Shown in pieces: positions 38,963-41,120 of a stretch of 41,120 nt of DNA (positions are counted from its first letter, which is position 1; the number at the start of each line of letters is the position of its first letter). The notes beneath the pieces are model-generated. The model had not been told where the DNA came from. It saw only the letters and a program-made list of their open reading frames with translations, and did not search any database. Source of the DNA: Psychrobacter sp. (GTDB lineage: Bacteria > Pseudomonadota > Gammaproteobacteria > Pseudomonadales > Moraxellaceae); the NCBI GenBank assembly GCA_029264635.1, contig JARIAA010000260.1, positions 1-41,120 on the forward strand, in the 5' to 3' direction. Position numbers and translations under genes: made by a program.

Positions 38963-40357
38963 TTATTCACGTAAACCTAATTGTTTCTCTTCACTGATAC
39001 GCTCCAAGACATTCAGCTCTTCTTCGATTAGGGCTAACATGTCTTGTACATGAGGGAGTGTCTTACTACAAGCAGTAATACAAAATTCGATTTTATCCAA
39101 GTAAGTCGCAAGAGTAATGTTCATCGCTTGTCCATCGACGATAATTGAGGCAGGATAGAGGGCTTTTAGTAGAGCACCATTCCAATACAAGGGTTTTTTG
39201 GCACCGGGCACATTAGAGATAATGAGGTTGAAGGCTTGTTTTTTGGGGAATAAACCCGTCAGTACGTTGATACCTTCCCATGCGTAAGCGATGGCACTGT
39301 AATTGATCACTTGCGCCTGATTCATACGTCGAAAACGGCGCTTACCACTATTCATCGTACTATGAATCAGATGTAAGCGGCGCATGGGATTGTCTAAATG
39401 CGTACCTAGATTGGCAAGCAAAAAAGACACCTGATTGCCTGTGGCGCTATCGTCACGGCGTAATGAGATGGGTACAAAGGCAATCAATGGCTTACTTGGT
39501 AAGGCATCTAATTCTATCAAATAACGGCGCATTGCACCTGAACAAACCGCTAAAACCACATCATTCATATTTACATCCAGCTTTTCTGCTATATCGCGAA
39601 AGCGCGGCATATCATAAGACTGGGCGGCGATGCGCCGTGAGGCAGAGATACGGCGATTAAGAATGCTCTTTGGTGCCTCAAAAGTACCAACATAATCCTC
39701 ATCACCATAGTGCTTAAAATTATCTAGCAGCTCAGTAAACACGGGTTTAATAGTAGATAGCTGCTCTTTTATAATACGAATAGCAGAGCGATCAGAGGGT
39801 ATGAGCGCATCCACCTGATTACGATGACGCGCCATCAATGACCAGACAGGCAGTGTCATCGGCTCGTTGGGTGACTGCGAAAGCGATTTTTGGATAAGCC
39901 GCATGGCAGCAATACCATCTACCAAGGAGTGGTGAATCTTAAAGTATAAGGCGAAGCGCTCGGGGCTGCCCTCAGTCTCTGGCTGAATGCCTTCAATAAC
40001 ATGACACTCCCATAATGGCATCGCGCGATCTAGCAGGCGGCTGTGCTCTTTTGAGATATACATGAGTAACTCGCGGACACGTGCAGGTCTTGGCAGGGCT
40101 ACATGACGAAAATGATGCTCGACGTGAAAGTTTTCATCTTGTTTCCAAAACAATAAATGCTCGAGCACTTGATTGAATGGAAAGCTTGGTGGTACTTTGG
40201 ATGTTTGCATCTGCTGGACGAGCTGATAAACAAAATCATCGTCCGTGCCTTGTGCATCTACTGGCAGCTCAAATAAAAATAGGCCGCCCACATGCATCGG
40301 CTGCTTACGGGACTCAAGAAGTAAAAATAATTGATCGACGGCCGTCAACAATCGCAT
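38963..40357 (-). CDS. Wax ester synthase / diacylglycerol acyltransferase (AtfA/wax-dgaT family)
   Basis: LESRKQPMHVGGL, LDR..PLWE, catalytic HHSLVDG and ISNVPG. GAGGA RBS before ATG 40357. Confidence 0.94.
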   Translation of the reverse strand: MRLLTAVDQLFLLLESRKQPMHVGGLFLFELPVDAQGTDDDFVYQLVQQMQTSKVPPSFPFNQVLEHLLFWKQDENFHVEHHFRHVALPRPARVRELLMYISKEHSRLLDRAMPLWECHVIEGIQPETEGSPERFALYFKIHHSLVDGIAAMRLIQKSLSQSPNEPMTLPVWSLMARHRNQVDALIPSDRSAIRIIKEQLSTIKPVFTELLDNFKHYGDEDYVGTFEAPKSILNRRISASRRIAAQSYDMPRFRDIAEKLDVNMNDVVLAVCSGAMRRYLIELDALPSKPLIAFVPISLRRDDSATGNQVSFLLANLGTHLDNPMRRLHLIHSTMNSGKRRFRRMNQAQVINYSAIAYAWEGINVLTGLFPKKQAFNLIISNVPGAKKPLYWNGALLKALYPASIIVDGQAMNITLATYLDKIEFCITACSKTLPHVQDMLALIEEELNVLERISEEKQLGLRE

Positions 40358-40479
40358 GATGTATCCTCTAAGGTCAATGAGCTGCGCGTTATAAGTGGCC
40401 TGACGGCGCATCGATATGAACAGCGGTTAAGTTAAATGTGAAGCTAACTGTACTAAAAAATATCCTGCCAAAAAATACC

Positions 40480-41120
40480 TTACTGAAAAAAGTATCCCGT
40501 CTGCGGTGAGCTGGCAGTTGCCATTTTACGCATCGGCATACGGCCTGCTAAAAATGCCTCGCGGCCAGCCCAAACAGCATGTTTCATAGCGTGCGCCATC
40601 ATAACTGGGTGCTTGGCATGGGCAATCGCTGAATTCATGAGCACCCCATCGCAGCCAAGCTCCATTGCAATAGCAGCGTCGGATGCAGTGCCCACGCCTG
40701 CATCCACTAATACGGGTACTTTCGCATTTTCAATAATGAGGCTCAGCGTGTGACGATTCAGCAGACCAAGGCCGGAACCTATGAGACTACCTAGCGGCAT
40801 AATTGCCACGCAGCCCATGCTTTCAAGCTCTTGCGCGACAATAGGGTCGTCTGATGTATACACCATGACCTCAAAACCATCATCAATCAGCACTCTAGCC
40901 GCCTTTAGGGTTTCCATAATGTTAGGATATAAGCTTTTTTCGTCACCTAATACTTCAAGTTTGACAAGATTGTGACCGCCCAATAGCTCACGAGCAAGCT
41001 TGCACGTACGAACCGCGGTCTCCGCATCAAAGCAGCCAGCGGTATTGGGCAAAATCGTATATTTATCGGGTGAGATTACATCAAGTAAATTAGGCTCATT
41101 GCTGTTTTGACCAATATTTG
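40480..41120 (-). CDS. thiG: Thiazole synthase ThiG (5' end outside window)
   Basis: Frame open to the window end ([29 protein letters not shown]). Motifs VKLEV, MPLGS.IGSG, VDAGVG and ASSP. Confidence 0.96.
   Translation of the reverse strand, partial: NIGQNSNEPNLLDVISPDKYTILPNTAGCFDAETAVRTCKLARELLGGHNLVKLEVLGDEKSLYPNIMETLKAARVLIDDGFEVMVYTSDDPIVAQELESMGCVAIMPLGSLIGSGLGLLNRHTLSLIIENAKVPVLVDAGVGTASDAAIAMELGCDGVLMNSAIAHAKHPVMMAHAMKHAVWAGREAFLAGRMPMRKMATASSPQTGYFFQ

Overview
The window is 41 kb of mostly core chromosome from a Moraxellaceae gammaproteobacterium. Gene content and protein style suggest Psychrobacter, which is an inference. Housekeeping genes, in order: rsfS, nadD, pta, ackA, lptM-lysA-dapF-xerC, a Nit1-like hydrolase, rpoN-hpf, thiS/DUF423/rpoH/tusA-like, a BepA-like M48 protease, yqeY/rpsU, a lipoprotein plus cytochrome c5, tsaD-crcB, metR, potABC (no potD), beta-carbonic anhydrase, gloA, MscS, cytochrome c', hemF, ribA, dxs, suhB, wax ester synthase and partial thiG. 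I found no rRNA, tRNA, CRISPR array, intact IS or prophage. There are two accessory-looking patches. The left edge holds a truncated NucS-like nuclease gene missed by the ORF track, next to an APC permease. An AT-rich stretch after crcB holds a hairpin with alternative pairings, a degenerate XerC/XerD dif-like site, a DUF378 gene and a GTAG hairpin. Other leads are a heme-less lipoprotein sharing motifs with the neighbouring cytochrome c5, structured rpsU and hpf leaders, and MetR boxes without a divergent met gene. The sequence alone does not demonstrate a complete novel system. These are leads only.
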